A DNA stretch of 51,620 nucleotides from a virus. Its lineage: Duplodnaviria > Heunggongvirae > Uroviricota > Caudoviricetes. Below, in pieces: positions 8,401 through 17,188 of the stretch. The stretch is taken from positions 1 through 51,620 of the IMG/VR virus record IMGVR_UViG_2541047950_000002; one strand, given 5' to 3'. The notes beneath the pieces were generated by a model that did no database searches, was not told the origin of the DNA, and saw only the letters and a program-made list of their open reading frames with translations. The translations under genes were made by a program, and so were the position numbers. Positions within the stretch are counted from its first letter, which is position 1. The number at the start of each line of letters is the position of its first letter.

Positions 8401-9560
8401 ACAGTTTAACGGCAAATAACCGTTTGTCGCAACAGCTGGTGGTCAGTGTCGCTGCACACCTGTTGTTACGGCATGAATGCAGATTACCAAATCACCTGGC
8501 TGTAAGTAACCACAGAGAACTTTACCTGACTGTGGGGGGCGAGTTGTGCAGGAACTTAACCGCTGGTTTCGTGACGGAAGAGGACTTTATGTTCATGTTA
8601 TTCGTTGGGAGCCAGAAACACAGCGCGTTATCTATCTTCGCAAAGACTACCCGCATGAGTGCTTTAGTCCTTTGTGGAAATTCAGGCGTGATTTTGTTGA
8701 GTGTGAAGGACCACCAGCATATTGATTCTGCAATTCCGGGACGTTACACTGTACCGGCACCTTATAAAGCGGGTGCCGGGATTGGCGTCCTGAAATTGAT
8801 TACTGAGCATAACCGCGCTCATGCGGTTTTTTCGTGTCATGAGCATTGCTACGCCCAAATTATGGTGGGGCGTACAGGGCCGACTTCGGTCGGGCCGGGT
8901 TCGGTAGTCTCCGGTAACGCCAACCCTGTACGTCTCACCACCTCTGTGATTGGCGTCCCATGTGGTGAGTTTTCTAAAAAACTGACTACCGGGGCTGTCA
9001 CTATGACTACTCTCCCAACCCTCTCTCAACCTGAAATTGCCATCGTTGATGGTCAGGCTGTTACATCTTCTTTGGCTGTTGCTGACTTCTTCTCTAAACG
9101 TCATGACGATGTTCTGAAAAAGATCCGCATTTTGGATTGTTCTCCAGAGTTTTGTGCCCGCAATTTTGCGGAGACATCAATTTTGGTACGCCAGCCCAAC
9201 GGCGGTACTCGCAAACTTCCTTGCTATCAAATCACCCGCGACGGTTTTGCGTTTCTTGCCATGGGCTTCACTGGTAAACGTGCTGCCCGGTTCAAAGAGG
9301 CATACATCAACGCCTTTAACCTGATGGAGAAACAGCTTTCAAAGCCCGCTGTACCGAGCGACGTTGCACATAACGCCAGCGTTCTCTGTTCCTACATTTC
9401 ATCAATTCATCAGGTCTGGCTGCAGCAGCTTTATCCTATGTTGGCAAAAGCCGAATCTCCGCTGGCTGTTAGCTTATATGACTATATTAATGATGCTTCG
9501 GCGCTGGCCTGCCTCATAAATTTGTCGCTGAACCCTTCAGAGGCAAGGGGGCGCAAATGA
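8397..9560 (+). CDS. ORF with C-terminal Rha (pRha) domain; N-terminal 200 aa unassigned (alternative start 9003)
   Basis: ATG at 8397 overlaps the upstream stop (ATGA); residues from MTTLPTLSQ (nt 9003) onward resemble Rha regulatory proteins; a second frame is also open over 8507-8722. Confidence 0.45.
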   Translation: MNSLTANNRLSQQLVVSVAAHLLLRHECRLPNHLAVSNHRELYLTVGGELCRNLTAGFVTEEDFMFMLFVGSQKHSALSIFAKTTRMSALVLCGNSGVILLSVKDHQHIDSAIPGRYTVPAPYKAGAGIGVLKLITEHNRAHAVFSCHEHCYAQIMVGRTGPTSVGPGSVVSGNANPVRLTTSVIGVPCGEFSKKLTTGAVTMTTLPTLSQPEIAIVDGQAVTSSLAVADFFSKRHDDVLKKIRILDCSPEFCARNFAETSILVRQPNGGTRKLPCYQITRDGFAFLAMGFTGKRAARFKEAYINAFNLMEKQLSKPAVPSDVAHNASVLCSYISSIHQVWLQQLYPMLAKAESPLAVSLYDYINDASALACLINLSLNPSEARGRK

Positions 9561-9781
9561 TCCGGAATATTTTCAAACGTTTTACCAATCAGACTTTCCG
9601 TTGTCCTCGTCCGGGTCAGTGGTACACCACGCCTGCAGGGCATGTTCTACGTGTTAGCCTGGTTGACCGTGAATGTCAGAAGGTGATTTGTGAACCGCTG
9701 GGCCGTAATTACCGCGTCAGTATGCCGCTTATAGCCTTTCGCTCCGGAAAAAACATGAAGCATCTCGGAGGTGCAGCATGA
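9557..9781 (+). CDS. hypothetical small protein, 74 aa
   Basis: ATGA overlaps at both ends couple it to its neighbours. Confidence 0.4.
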   Translation: MIRNIFKRFTNQTFRCPRPGQWYTTPAGHVLRVSLVDRECQKVICEPLGRNYRVSMPLIAFRSGKNMKHLGGAA

Positions 9782-10596
9782 GTATGGAGCTGATGGTTAA
9801 AGCGATGAAAATTCGAGTGGGTAATCCATTGCGAAAACTGGTTCTGATCAAGCTGGCTGATAATGCCAGCGATCAGGGTGAGTGCTGGCCCAGCTACCAG
9901 CATATTGCTGACCAGTGCGAGATTAGCAAACGTTCTGTGATGAATCATATTGCGGCCCTTTGTGAGTCCGGGCTGGTAAAAAAAGTCACCCGGAAAGGTG
10001 AAAAAGGTAACTCAAGTAATATCTATCTCCTTCATCTTGATGGTGCAGGAGATTCACTAGGGAGTAGTGCAAATAATTCACTATCTGGTGCAGCAAATTC
10101 ACCAGGTAGTGCAGGAGTTGCACCAGGGGGTAGTGCAGGAGATTCACCCAGAACCAGTCACTCTTTTGAACCAGTCAAAGAACCAGTCAATGAACCAATA
10201 GCTGTTGGTGCATCTGCTGATGAGTCTGTGCGAGTTCGTTCAAACCGATCGGAATACTCTCCGGAGTTTGAGCAGGCATGGCTGGCATACCCCAAACGTG
10301 CTGGTGGCAATTCAAAATCTGCAGCCTTCAAAGCCTGGAAAGCCCGTTTGAATGAGGGGGTAAAACCCGAAACCATGCTGGCAGGTGTGAAACGCTACGC
10401 GGGCTGGGTATCTGCGATGGGTAACAGCGGCACACAATTTGTGAAACAGGCTGTCACGTTCTTTGGCCCGGATCGTCATTTCGAAGAATCCTGGGAAGTT
10501 CCTGCGGTATCTGCAGCCAGACGCGAGGACCCGTACTTCAAAGCCAGTTACGACAACGTGGACTACAGCCAGATCCCGGCAGGATTCAGGGGGTGA
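9778..10596 (+). CDS. replication initiator, O-like (N-terminal HTH, iteron-encoding linker, C-terminal domain)
   Basis: 272 aa; N-terminal winged-helix-like region; the central low-complexity linker is encoded by the 21-22 bp tandem repeats; same architecture as lambda O. Confidence 0.55.
   Translation: MSMELMVKAMKIRVGNPLRKLVLIKLADNASDQGECWPSYQHIADQCEISKRSVMNHIAALCESGLVKKVTRKGEKGNSSNIYLLHLDGAGDSLGSSANNSLSGAANSPGSAGVAPGGSAGDSPRTSHSFEPVKEPVNEPIAVGASADESVRVRSNRSEYSPEFEQAWLAYPKRAGGNSKSAAFKAWKARLNEGVKPETMLAGVKRYAGWVSAMGNSGTQFVKQAVTFFGPDRHFEESWEVPAVSAARREDPYFKASYDNVDYSQIPAGFRG
10041..10149. repeat. iteron-like tandem repeats (candidate origin of replication) inside the O-like gene
   Basis: About five imperfect 21-22 bp direct repeats (GGTAGTGCAGGAGATTCACC-like) followed by three GAACCAGTCA repeats. 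Confidence 0.5.
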
Positions 10597-11087
10597 GCAT
10601 GGGTCTTTTGAATGACGTTCAGAAATTCATTGAAGCCCATCCGGGCTGTACTTCCGGAGACATTGCGGATGCTTTTGCAGGTTACTCACGGCAGCGCGTT
10701 CTGCAGTCAGCAAGCAAGTTACGTCAGAGTGGGCGTGTGGCTCACCGTTGTGAAGGAGATACACGCAGACATTTCCCGCGCCTGACTGAGAGAGCGCAGG
10801 AGCCGGAACCACAACCAGTTCGTGAAACCAGACCTGTGCGCAATTTCTATGTCGGCACTAACGATCCACGGGTGATTTTGTGCCTGACCCGCCAGGCTGA
10901 AGAACTGGAGTCAAGGGGCTTATACCGTCGTGCTGCAACCGTGTGGATGGCGGCATTCCGTGAAAGCCACTCCCAGCAAGAACGAAACAATTTTCTGGCA
11001 CGTCGTGAGCGGTGCTTACGGAAAAGCAGCAAGCGCGCTGCATCGGGTGAAGAGTGGTATCTGTCAGGGAATTACGTGGGGGCTTAA
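10593..11087 (+). CDS. PerC-like regulator with N-terminal extension
   Basis: 164 aa; C-terminal GLYRRAATVW resembles the PerC/Pch signature as recalled; start GTG 10593 or ATG 10599. Confidence 0.4.
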   Translation: MSMGLLNDVQKFIEAHPGCTSGDIADAFAGYSRQRVLQSASKLRQSGRVAHRCEGDTRRHFPRLTERAQEPEPQPVRETRPVRNFYVGTNDPRVILCLTRQAEELESRGLYRRAATVWMAAFRESHSQQERNNFLARRERCLRKSSKRAASGEEWYLSGNYVGA

Positions 11088-11740
11088 TGAGTAATAAATA
11101 TTGCCAGGCGCTGGTGGAACTGCGGAACAAACCAGCCCATGAACTGAAGGAAGTGGGCGATCAGTGGCGCACGCCGGACAACATTTTCTGGGGAATTAAC
11201 ACCCTGTTTGGCCCGTTTGTTCTGGATCTGTTTACTGACGGTGATAACGCCAAATGTGCCGCGTATTACACGGCGGAAGACAATGCGCTGGCGCATGACT
11301 GGTCAGAACGTCTTGCGGAGCTTAAAGGTGCTGCCTTTGGTAATCCCCCATACAGCCGCGCCAGTCAGCATGAGGGGCAATACATCACCGGCATGCGTTA
11401 CATCATGAAGCATGCCAGTGCCATGCGTGATAAAGGCGGGCGCTATGTTTTCCTGATCAAAGCTGCCACCAGCGAAGTGTGGTGGCCGGAAGATGCAGAT
11501 CATATTGCTTTTATTCGCGGGCGTATTGGTTTTGAACTGCCTGCCTGGTTTATCCCGAAGGATGAGAAGCAGGTGCCGACAGGCGCTTTCTTCGCTGGAG
11601 CTATTGCTGTTTTCGACAAGACCTGGAAGGGACCGGCAATCAGCTACATCGGGCGCGATGAACTTGAGGCATGTGGTGAGGCCTTTCTGGCGCAGGTTCG
11701 CCAGCAGGCAGAAAAACTGGTCAGGGAGATGGCGGCATGA
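11087..11740 (+). CDS. phage N6-adenine DNA methyltransferase
   Basis: 217 aa from MSNKYCQ; NPPY catalytic motif (GNPPYS); TAATG overlap with the upstream gene. Confidence 0.7.
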   Translation: MSNKYCQALVELRNKPAHELKEVGDQWRTPDNIFWGINTLFGPFVLDLFTDGDNAKCAAYYTAEDNALAHDWSERLAELKGAAFGNPPYSRASQHEGQYITGMRYIMKHASAMRDKGGRYVFLIKAATSEVWWPEDADHIAFIRGRIGFELPAWFIPKDEKQVPTGAFFAGAIAVFDKTWKGPAISYIGRDELEACGEAFLAQVRQQAEKLVREMAA

Positions 11741-12063
11741 CGACGTTAACTCAATGCCAGCAGCAGGTGCTGGATATGCTGATTTCTTATCAGAAAGAGC
11801 GTGGCTTTCCGCCAACCAATCAGGAGGTGGCAACCATGCTGGGATACCGTTCAGTGAATGCAGCGGTAGAGCATCTTCGCGCACTGGAGAAAAAAGGCGT
11901 CATCACGATAAAGCGTGGCGTGGCCCGGGGGATAACGCTTCATACCGCGGTGAAGGACGACGACAGCGAGGCGGTCGGGATTATCCGCGCACTGCTTGCC
12001 GGTGAGGAAAACGCAAGGCTGCGTGCAACCCACTGGTTACATGAGAGGGACCTGAAAGTATGA
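11737..12063 (+). CDS. LexA DNA-binding-domain-only protein (no S24 peptidase domain)
   Basis: 108 aa; GYRSVNAAVEHLRALEKKGVI closely parallels the LexA N-terminal segment [21 protein letters not shown]; ends before any protease domain. Confidence 0.55.
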   Translation: MTTLTQCQQQVLDMLISYQKERGFPPTNQEVATMLGYRSVNAAVEHLRALEKKGVITIKRGVARGITLHTAVKDDDSEAVGIIRALLAGEENARLRATHWLHERDLKV

Positions 12064-12449
12064 AGCTGATCCTGCCTTTTCCGCCCAGCGTGAACACGTA
12101 CTGGCGACACCCCAACAAAGGGGCGTTTGCTGGTAAGAGCCTGATAAGCGCGGCGGGGCGAAAATTCCAGAGCGCGGCGTGCGCAGCAATAGTTGAGCAG
12201 TTACGTCGTCTGCCGAAACCAACGTCGGCACCTGCTTCAGTGGAGATCGTGTTGTTTCCTCCGGATAACCGGATCCGCGATCTGGACAACTATAACAAGG
12301 CGCTGTTTGACGCCCTGACCCACGCGGGGGTGTGGGAAGACGACAGTCAGGTGAAAAGAATGCTGGTGGAGTGGGGACCGGTTATCCCGGAAGGGAAGGT
12401 CGAGATCACTATCAGTAAGTACGAGAAAACGGCGGGTGCAGCTGCCTGA
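12060..12449 (+). CDS. rusA: RusA-family Holliday junction resolvase
   Basis: 129 aa; MKLILPFPPSVNTYWR N-terminus and acidic DLDNYNKALFDAL motif typical of RusA. Confidence 0.8.
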   Translation: MKLILPFPPSVNTYWRHPNKGAFAGKSLISAAGRKFQSAACAAIVEQLRRLPKPTSAPASVEIVLFPPDNRIRDLDNYNKALFDALTHAGVWEDDSQVKRMLVEWGPVIPEGKVEITISKYEKTAGAAA

Positions 12450-12468
12450 TCAAGAGGAGAAACGAAGT

Positions 12469-13278
12469 ATGAATAATCTGATGGTCATTGATGGTATTGA
12501 AGTTCGTCGTGATGCTTATGGGCGTTACAGCCTGAACGATCTGCATCGCGCAGCAGTAGCATCTGGTGCAAATGCCAGAACCAAGGAGCCAGGAAAGTTT
12601 CTTTCCAGCCAACAAACTGTTGAGCTTGTTCATGAATTAACCAACACCCAGAATTTGGGTGTTGACCCGGTGAGTGTGATTCATGGGGGAAATGAACGGG
12701 GAACGTATGTCTGTAAGGAACTGGTGTATGCCTATGCAATGTGGATCAGCCCGTCATTCCATCTGAAGGTGATCCGTACTTTCGATATGGTAACCAGCGC
12801 GCCGGAAAAGTTATCCGGACAGGCTGCTGACAAGATGCAGGCTGGCGTGATTCTGCTGGACTTTATGCGCCGGGAGTTAAATCTGTCTAACTCATCTGTG
12901 CTTGGGGCCTGTCAGAAACTCCAGGAGGCTGTTGGCTTACCGAATCTGGCACCGCGCTATGCCATTGATGCACCTGCTGACGCGCCTGATGGCTCAAGCC
13001 GCCCGACGCTGTCGCTGAGTGCACTGCTGAAGCAGTATGGTATCCGCCTGACGGCTAATCAGGCATATCACCAGATGGCGAAGCTGGGGATCGTCGAGCA
13101 GCGCGAACGATACAGCCGTACCGCGATTAACAACATCAAAAAATTCTGGTCGCTGACAGCGAAAGGTTGCATGTTCGGCAAGAACATCACCAGTCCCGCA
13201 AATCCGCGCGAGACGCAGCCGCATTTCTTCGAATCCCGATTTCCTGAGCTGTTAAAGCTGCTCGATACCGTTCATTGA
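12469..13278 (+). CDS. KilA-N domain protein
   Basis: ATG at 12469 with AAGAGGAG RBS; N-terminal KilA-N-like region (VIDGIEVRRDAYGRYSLNDLH). Confidence 0.55.
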   Translation: MNNLMVIDGIEVRRDAYGRYSLNDLHRAAVASGANARTKEPGKFLSSQQTVELVHELTNTQNLGVDPVSVIHGGNERGTYVCKELVYAYAMWISPSFHLKVIRTFDMVTSAPEKLSGQAADKMQAGVILLDFMRRELNLSNSSVLGACQKLQEAVGLPNLAPRYAIDAPADAPDGSSRPTLSLSALLKQYGIRLTANQAYHQMAKLGIVEQRERYSRTAINNIKKFWSLTAKGCMFGKNITSPANPRETQPHFFESRFPELLKLLDTVH

Positions 13279-13279
13279 G

Positions 13280-14275
13280 GTGGCCGTGAGAGCACTACTG
13301 ACCCCTGAAATTGCCCCGCGTATGGGGATCGTATTGTTCAGGCCAGGTTCAGATCTGATGCCCCTGTTTATGCAGGGGCGTGTCCTGCTGGAGCCTGAGC
13401 CGGAGCGTTATTCATCTTTCGCCAGTGGTGCCGTTCCGGCGGCATCACAACCGCTGGCGGATGATCCTGCCGTTCGGGCCGTGTTCCGCAATGAGGCAGT
13501 GATCCGTCGTGCTGGTGGCGTGGAATGTCTTGAAAGCTGGTTACTTCGTGAAAAAGGCTGCCAGTGGCCTCATTCCGACTGGCACAGCGAGAACATGACC
13601 ACAACGCGCCATGCGCCGGGCGCAATCCGTCTGTGCTGGCACTGCGATAACCAGTTGCGTGACCAGTTCACGGAACGGCTGGAATCAATGGCAACGGATA
13701 ACTGTGCCCGCTGGGTGTTGTCTGTTGTGCGTCGGGATCTCGGTTTTGATGACAGTCACGTTGTGACAATGCCGGAACTGTGCTGGTGGCTGATTCGTAA
13801 TGACCTGGCGGATGCCTTACCGGAAAGTGCAGCCCGTAAGGCACTGAGATTACCGAAGCCTGTTGTGCCGTCTGTCACCCGGGAAAGTGACCTTGTGCCT
13901 TCGGTTCCTGCCACCAGCATCATCCAGGATAAGGCGAAAAAGGTGCTGGCGCTGAAAGTGGATCCGGAGTCGCCGGAGTCTTTTATGTTACGCCCAAAAC
14001 GTCGCCGCTGGGTTAATGAAAAGTACACGCGCTGGGTTAAGACACAGCCGTGTGCATGTTGTGGAAAGCCCGCTGATGATCCCCACCACCTGATAGGTTA
14101 CGGTCAGGGTGGAATGGGAACAAAAGCGCATGACCTTTTTGTGTTGCCTTTGTGCAGAAAGCATCACGACGAGCTGCATGCGGATACCGTGGCATTTGAA
14201 GAAAAGTATGGCTCCCAGCTGGAGCTGATATTTCGTTTTATCGATCGCGCGCTGGCGATTGGTGTGCTGTCCTGA
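13280..14275 (+). CDS. DUF968/HNH-like nuclease-domain protein
   Basis: 331 aa, GTG start; C-terminal Cys/His cluster (CACCGKPADDPHH...CRKHHDELH). Confidence 0.5.
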   Translation: MAVRALLTPEIAPRMGIVLFRPGSDLMPLFMQGRVLLEPEPERYSSFASGAVPAASQPLADDPAVRAVFRNEAVIRRAGGVECLESWLLREKGCQWPHSDWHSENMTTTRHAPGAIRLCWHCDNQLRDQFTERLESMATDNCARWVLSVVRRDLGFDDSHVVTMPELCWWLIRNDLADALPESAARKALRLPKPVVPSVTRESDLVPSVPATSIIQDKAKKVLALKVDPESPESFMLRPKRRRWVNEKYTRWVKTQPCACCGKPADDPHHLIGYGQGGMGTKAHDLFVLPLCRKHHDELHADTVAFEEKYGSQLELIFRFIDRALAIGVLS

Positions 14276-14292
14276 TTTTGTGGAGAAAGTTG

Positions 14293-14673
14293 ATGCGTGA
14301 TATTCAGATGGTTCTTGAACGCTGGGGGGCATGGGCGGCAAGTGGTAACACCGGGGTGGACTATTCTCCGATCGCTGCCGGATTCAAAGGACTTTTACCA
14401 TCTGCCACTAAACCACGTCCGGCCTGCTGCGATGATGACGGACTTATCATTGAAAACTGTCTTGCTCGTCTGAAGCAGAAAAAACCTGAGGAGTATTCGC
14501 TTCTCATTGCTCATTATTTGTTGCGAATATCAAAAAGACAGATAGCCAGGACGAGAAAGAAAAGCGAAAAAGCAATACGAATTGAGATGCAGATAGCCGA
14601 AGGGTTTATTGACGGATGTTTGTCTGTGCTGGGGGTAAGACTGGAGATGGACGACTGGCTGCTAAAAAAGTAA
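14293..14673 (+). CDS. Q: late-gene antiterminator Q (phage 21/933W type)
   Basis: MRDIQMVLERWGAWAA N-terminus recalls Q of the 21/933W group; last gene of the coupled early operon, followed by a terminated short leader. Confidence 0.65.
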   Translation: MRDIQMVLERWGAWAASGNTGVDYSPIAAGFKGLLPSATKPRPACCDDDGLIIENCLARLKQKKPEEYSLLIAHYLLRISKRQIARTRKKSEKAIRIEMQIAEGFIDGCLSVLGVRLEMDDWLLKK

Positions 14674-14767
14674 AAAATGATTAGCGCGGTCCGCAAAAAG
14701 TATGTCAGTATGTTAAGAGTGGTTACTTCGCCACACAGCTTAAACCCGCCGCGAGCGGGTTTTTTTA
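14674..14767 (+). promoter_or_regulatory. late promoter/qut region with tR'-like terminator (hairpin at 14743-14767)
   Basis: Intergenic segment after Q ending in hairpin CCCGC-CGCGA-GCGGG and a T7 run. Confidence 0.5.
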
Positions 14768-14888
14768 TGGCTGAAATCGGTCCTGTACAGTAAACGCGCT
14801 GGTGGTGGTGAATACCGGTCTTTCAGCTTGCTGGCTTTTTTGACAAGAGTTATTGGTGTGTCACGTTAACCGGAAAAGGGAAAAAGAC

Positions 14889-15086
14889 ATGCTGAAACAG
14901 CAGGATATGACCGAAACCGCCAGAGTGGTGTTTAATGAATTAAGCGTCACTGAACCGGCGACAGTCGGGGAGATTGCGCAGAATACTTATCTTTCACGTG
15001 AACGCTGCCAGTTAATACTGACCCAGCTTGTTATGGCGGGTCTGGCAGACTATCAGTTCGGTTGTTACAGACGCCTTCAGTCATGA
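14889..15086 (+). CDS. hypothetical small protein, 65 aa
   Basis: ATG at 14889; ORF ends inside a terminator hairpin. Confidence 0.35.
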   Translation: MLKQQDMTETARVVFNELSVTEPATVGEIAQNTYLSRERCQLILTQLVMAGLADYQFGCYRRLQS

Positions 15087-15100
15087 AGGCTTTTTTATTT
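15073..15100 (+). terminator. rho-independent terminator
   Basis: GCCTTCA-GTCA-TGAAGGC hairpin followed by TTTTTTATTT. Confidence 0.5.
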
Positions 15101-15236
15101 GTGGTAAATGGGCGGCTGGTGGGTGTTAGGGGCACTCACCAGCCATCTGCTCATGCGTCCGGATCACAAGCAAACCTCAGGCCCACTGCTTTGCGCAAAA
15201 GCAGAATGAGCCTATCAGAGACAGGCTTAATGATCC

Positions 15237-16295
15237 ATGCTTAATACTGTAAAAATATCCAGTTGTGAGTTAATCAACGCCGACTGCCTGGAATTTATCC
15301 GGTCGTTACCCGAAAATTCTGTTGACCTGATAGTCACGGATCCGCCGTACTTTAAAGTGAAGCCTGAGGGCTGGGATAACCAGTGGAAGGGCGACGATGA
15401 TTACCTGAAGTGGCTGGACCAGTGTCTTGCGCAGTTCTGGCGGGTGCTGAAACCTGCCGGAAGTCTTTACCTGTTCTGTGGCCATCGCCTAGCATCTGAT
15501 ATCGAAATCATGATGCGTGAACGCTTCAGTGTGCTGAACCATATTATCTGGGCAAAGCCGTCCGGACGCTGGAACGGGTGCAACAAGGAAAGCCTGAGGG
15601 CGTATTTCCCCGCCACAGAGCGCATTCTGTTCGCGGAACATTATCAGGGGCCGTATCGTCCGAAAGATGCCGGGTATGAGGCGAAGGGCAGGGCACTGAA
15701 ACAGCATGTGATGGCTCCGCTGATTGCTTACTTTCGTGATGCGCGTGCTGCCCTAGGGATAACGGCAAAACAGATAGTGGATGCCACAGGAAAGAAAAAC
15801 ATGGTGTCGCACTGGTTCAGTGCCAGTCAGTGGCAACTGCCGAACGAAAGTGATTATCTGAAATTACAGGCGCTGTTTGCCCGGGTGGCAGAAGAGAAGC
15901 ATCAGCGGGGTGAACTGGAGAAGCCCCACCACCAGCTGCTGGAGACGTATACTTCACTGAACCGGCAGTATGCGGAACTGCAGAGTGAATATAAGCATCT
16001 GCGGCGGTATTTTGGCGTGACGGCGCAGGTGCCGTACACCGATGTGTGGACGCATAAACCGGTGCAGTACTATCCCGGGAAACATCCGTGCGAAAAACCG
16101 GCAGAAATGCTGCAGCAGATAATCAGCGCGAGCAGTCGTCCGGGGGACCTGGTTGCAGATTTTTTCATGGGGTCGGGTTCGACAGTCAAAGCCGCGATGG
16201 CACTGGGGCGTCGTGCAACTGGTGTTGAGCTGGAGACTGAACGTTTTGAGCAGACGGTCAGGGAAGTTCAGGATTTAGCCAGTCAGAACGGATGA
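15237..16295 (+). CDS. DNA methyltransferase (N4/N6 amino-MTase, DPPY motif)
   Basis: 352 aa; N-terminal VTDPPYF catalytic motif; C-terminal FFMGSGST AdoMet-binding motif. Confidence 0.7.
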   Translation: MLNTVKISSCELINADCLEFIRSLPENSVDLIVTDPPYFKVKPEGWDNQWKGDDDYLKWLDQCLAQFWRVLKPAGSLYLFCGHRLASDIEIMMRERFSVLNHIIWAKPSGRWNGCNKESLRAYFPATERILFAEHYQGPYRPKDAGYEAKGRALKQHVMAPLIAYFRDARAALGITAKQIVDATGKKNMVSHWFSASQWQLPNESDYLKLQALFARVAEEKHQRGELEKPHHQLLETYTSLNRQYAELQSEYKHLRRYFGVTAQVPYTDVWTHKPVQYYPGKHPCEKPAEMLQQIISASSRPGDLVADFFMGSGSTVKAAMALGRRATGVELETERFEQTVREVQDLASQNG

Positions 16296-16335
16296 TATTG
16301 CAGTATTAGTTACGTACCGTTATTATCCTGCACCC

Positions 16336-16411
16336 GGCCCTTTAGCTCAGTGGTGAGAGCGAGCGACTCATAATCGCCAGGTCGCTGGTTCAAATCCAGC
16401 AAGGGCCACCA
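16336..16411 (+). tRNA. tRNA with anticodon CAT (Met or Ile2-type)
   Basis: Manual cloverleaf: 7-bp acceptor GGCCCTT/AAGGGCC, anticodon loop CTCATAA, T-loop TTCAAAT, encoded 3' CCA. Confidence 0.8.
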
Positions 16412-16420
16412 TATCACATA

Positions 16421-16497
16421 CCGCCATTAGCTCATCGGGATAGAGCGTCAGCCTTCGAAGCTGGTTGCGCGGGGTTCGAGTCCTCGATGGCGGTCCA
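16421..16497 (+). tRNA. tRNA-Arg (anticodon TCG)
   Basis: Acceptor CCGCCAT/ATGGCGG, anticodon loop CTTCGAA, T-loop TTCGAGT, encoded CCA. Confidence 0.7.
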
Positions 16498-16510
16498 TTA
16501 TCGGTATTCA

Positions 16511-16587
16511 GCGTTGTTAGCTCAGCCGGACAGAGCAATTGCCTTCTAAGCAATCGGTCACTGGTTCGAATCCAGTACAACGCGCCA
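16511..16587 (+). tRNA. tRNA-Arg (anticodon TCT, reads AGA)
   Basis: Acceptor GCGTTGT/ACAACGC, anticodon stem ATTGC/GCAAT with loop CTTCTAA, T-loop TTCGAAT, encoded CCA. Confidence 0.8.
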
Positions 16588-16600
16588 TATTTATTTACCA

Positions 16601-16626
16601 GGCTCGCTTTTGCGGGCCTTTTTTGT
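16601..16626 (+). terminator. terminator-like hairpin after the tRNA cluster
   Basis: GGCTCGC-TTTT-GCGGGCC (one mismatch) followed by a T-run. Confidence 0.4.
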
Positions 16627-16756
16627 ATCCGCGCCACGCCCGGCGCATATCAACCACAGAGCCTTTCGGGGGTGAGCTTACGGAGTGGTCAGTGTGACTT
16701 TCTCTGTGGGCAGATCGCTCCCGGGCGTTGGCTCACCCACCTAAAGGAACGTCACG

Positions 16757-17188
16757 ATGTTTGGTATTTTCAAAAAGAAAACCCGCAGAGCAGCAGCGGA
16801 AATTAAAAAGTTTGAGAAACGTGATCTGGCACAGGCGGTTATTAATGCTGCCTACCTGGTAGCCTATGCAGATGGTGAATGTGAGGCTTCAGAGAAAGCG
16901 AAGATCGAGCAGGTCTTGCGTAACCAGCCAGCGTTGTCCGCGTTTACGTCAGAAATTAATGCTATCAGTGCCACGATCACAGGTCAGCTTGACACCAACT
17001 TTAAAATTGGTCGTCGAGCGGCGTTGCGTGAAATTGAAGATGTGAAACACGATACGCGTGAAGCGGAAGATGTGCTGGATGTGGCGGTGGCCATTGCTGA
17101 AGCAGATGGTGAAATTGAGCCGGAAGAGCGTAAGGTTCTGGAAGAGATTGCTGGTGTTCTTGGCCTGCGACTGGAGAACCACCTGTGA
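16757..17188 (+). CDS. TerB-like domain protein
   Basis: 143 aa; two ADG motifs (YADGECEASEKAKI and EADGEIEPEERKVL) typical of the TerB fold; sits where stx lies in Stx phages. Confidence 0.55.
   Translation: MFGIFKKKTRRAAAEIKKFEKRDLAQAVINAAYLVAYADGECEASEKAKIEQVLRNQPALSAFTSEINAISATITGQLDTNFKIGRRAALREIEDVKHDTREAEDVLDVAVAIAEADGEIEPEERKVLEEIAGVLGLRLENHL

Noticed and set aside
8682-9104. Antisense 140-aa ORF opposite the Rha-domain gene
   Set aside because: Lies entirely antisense within a tightly coupled operon; typical shadow ORF
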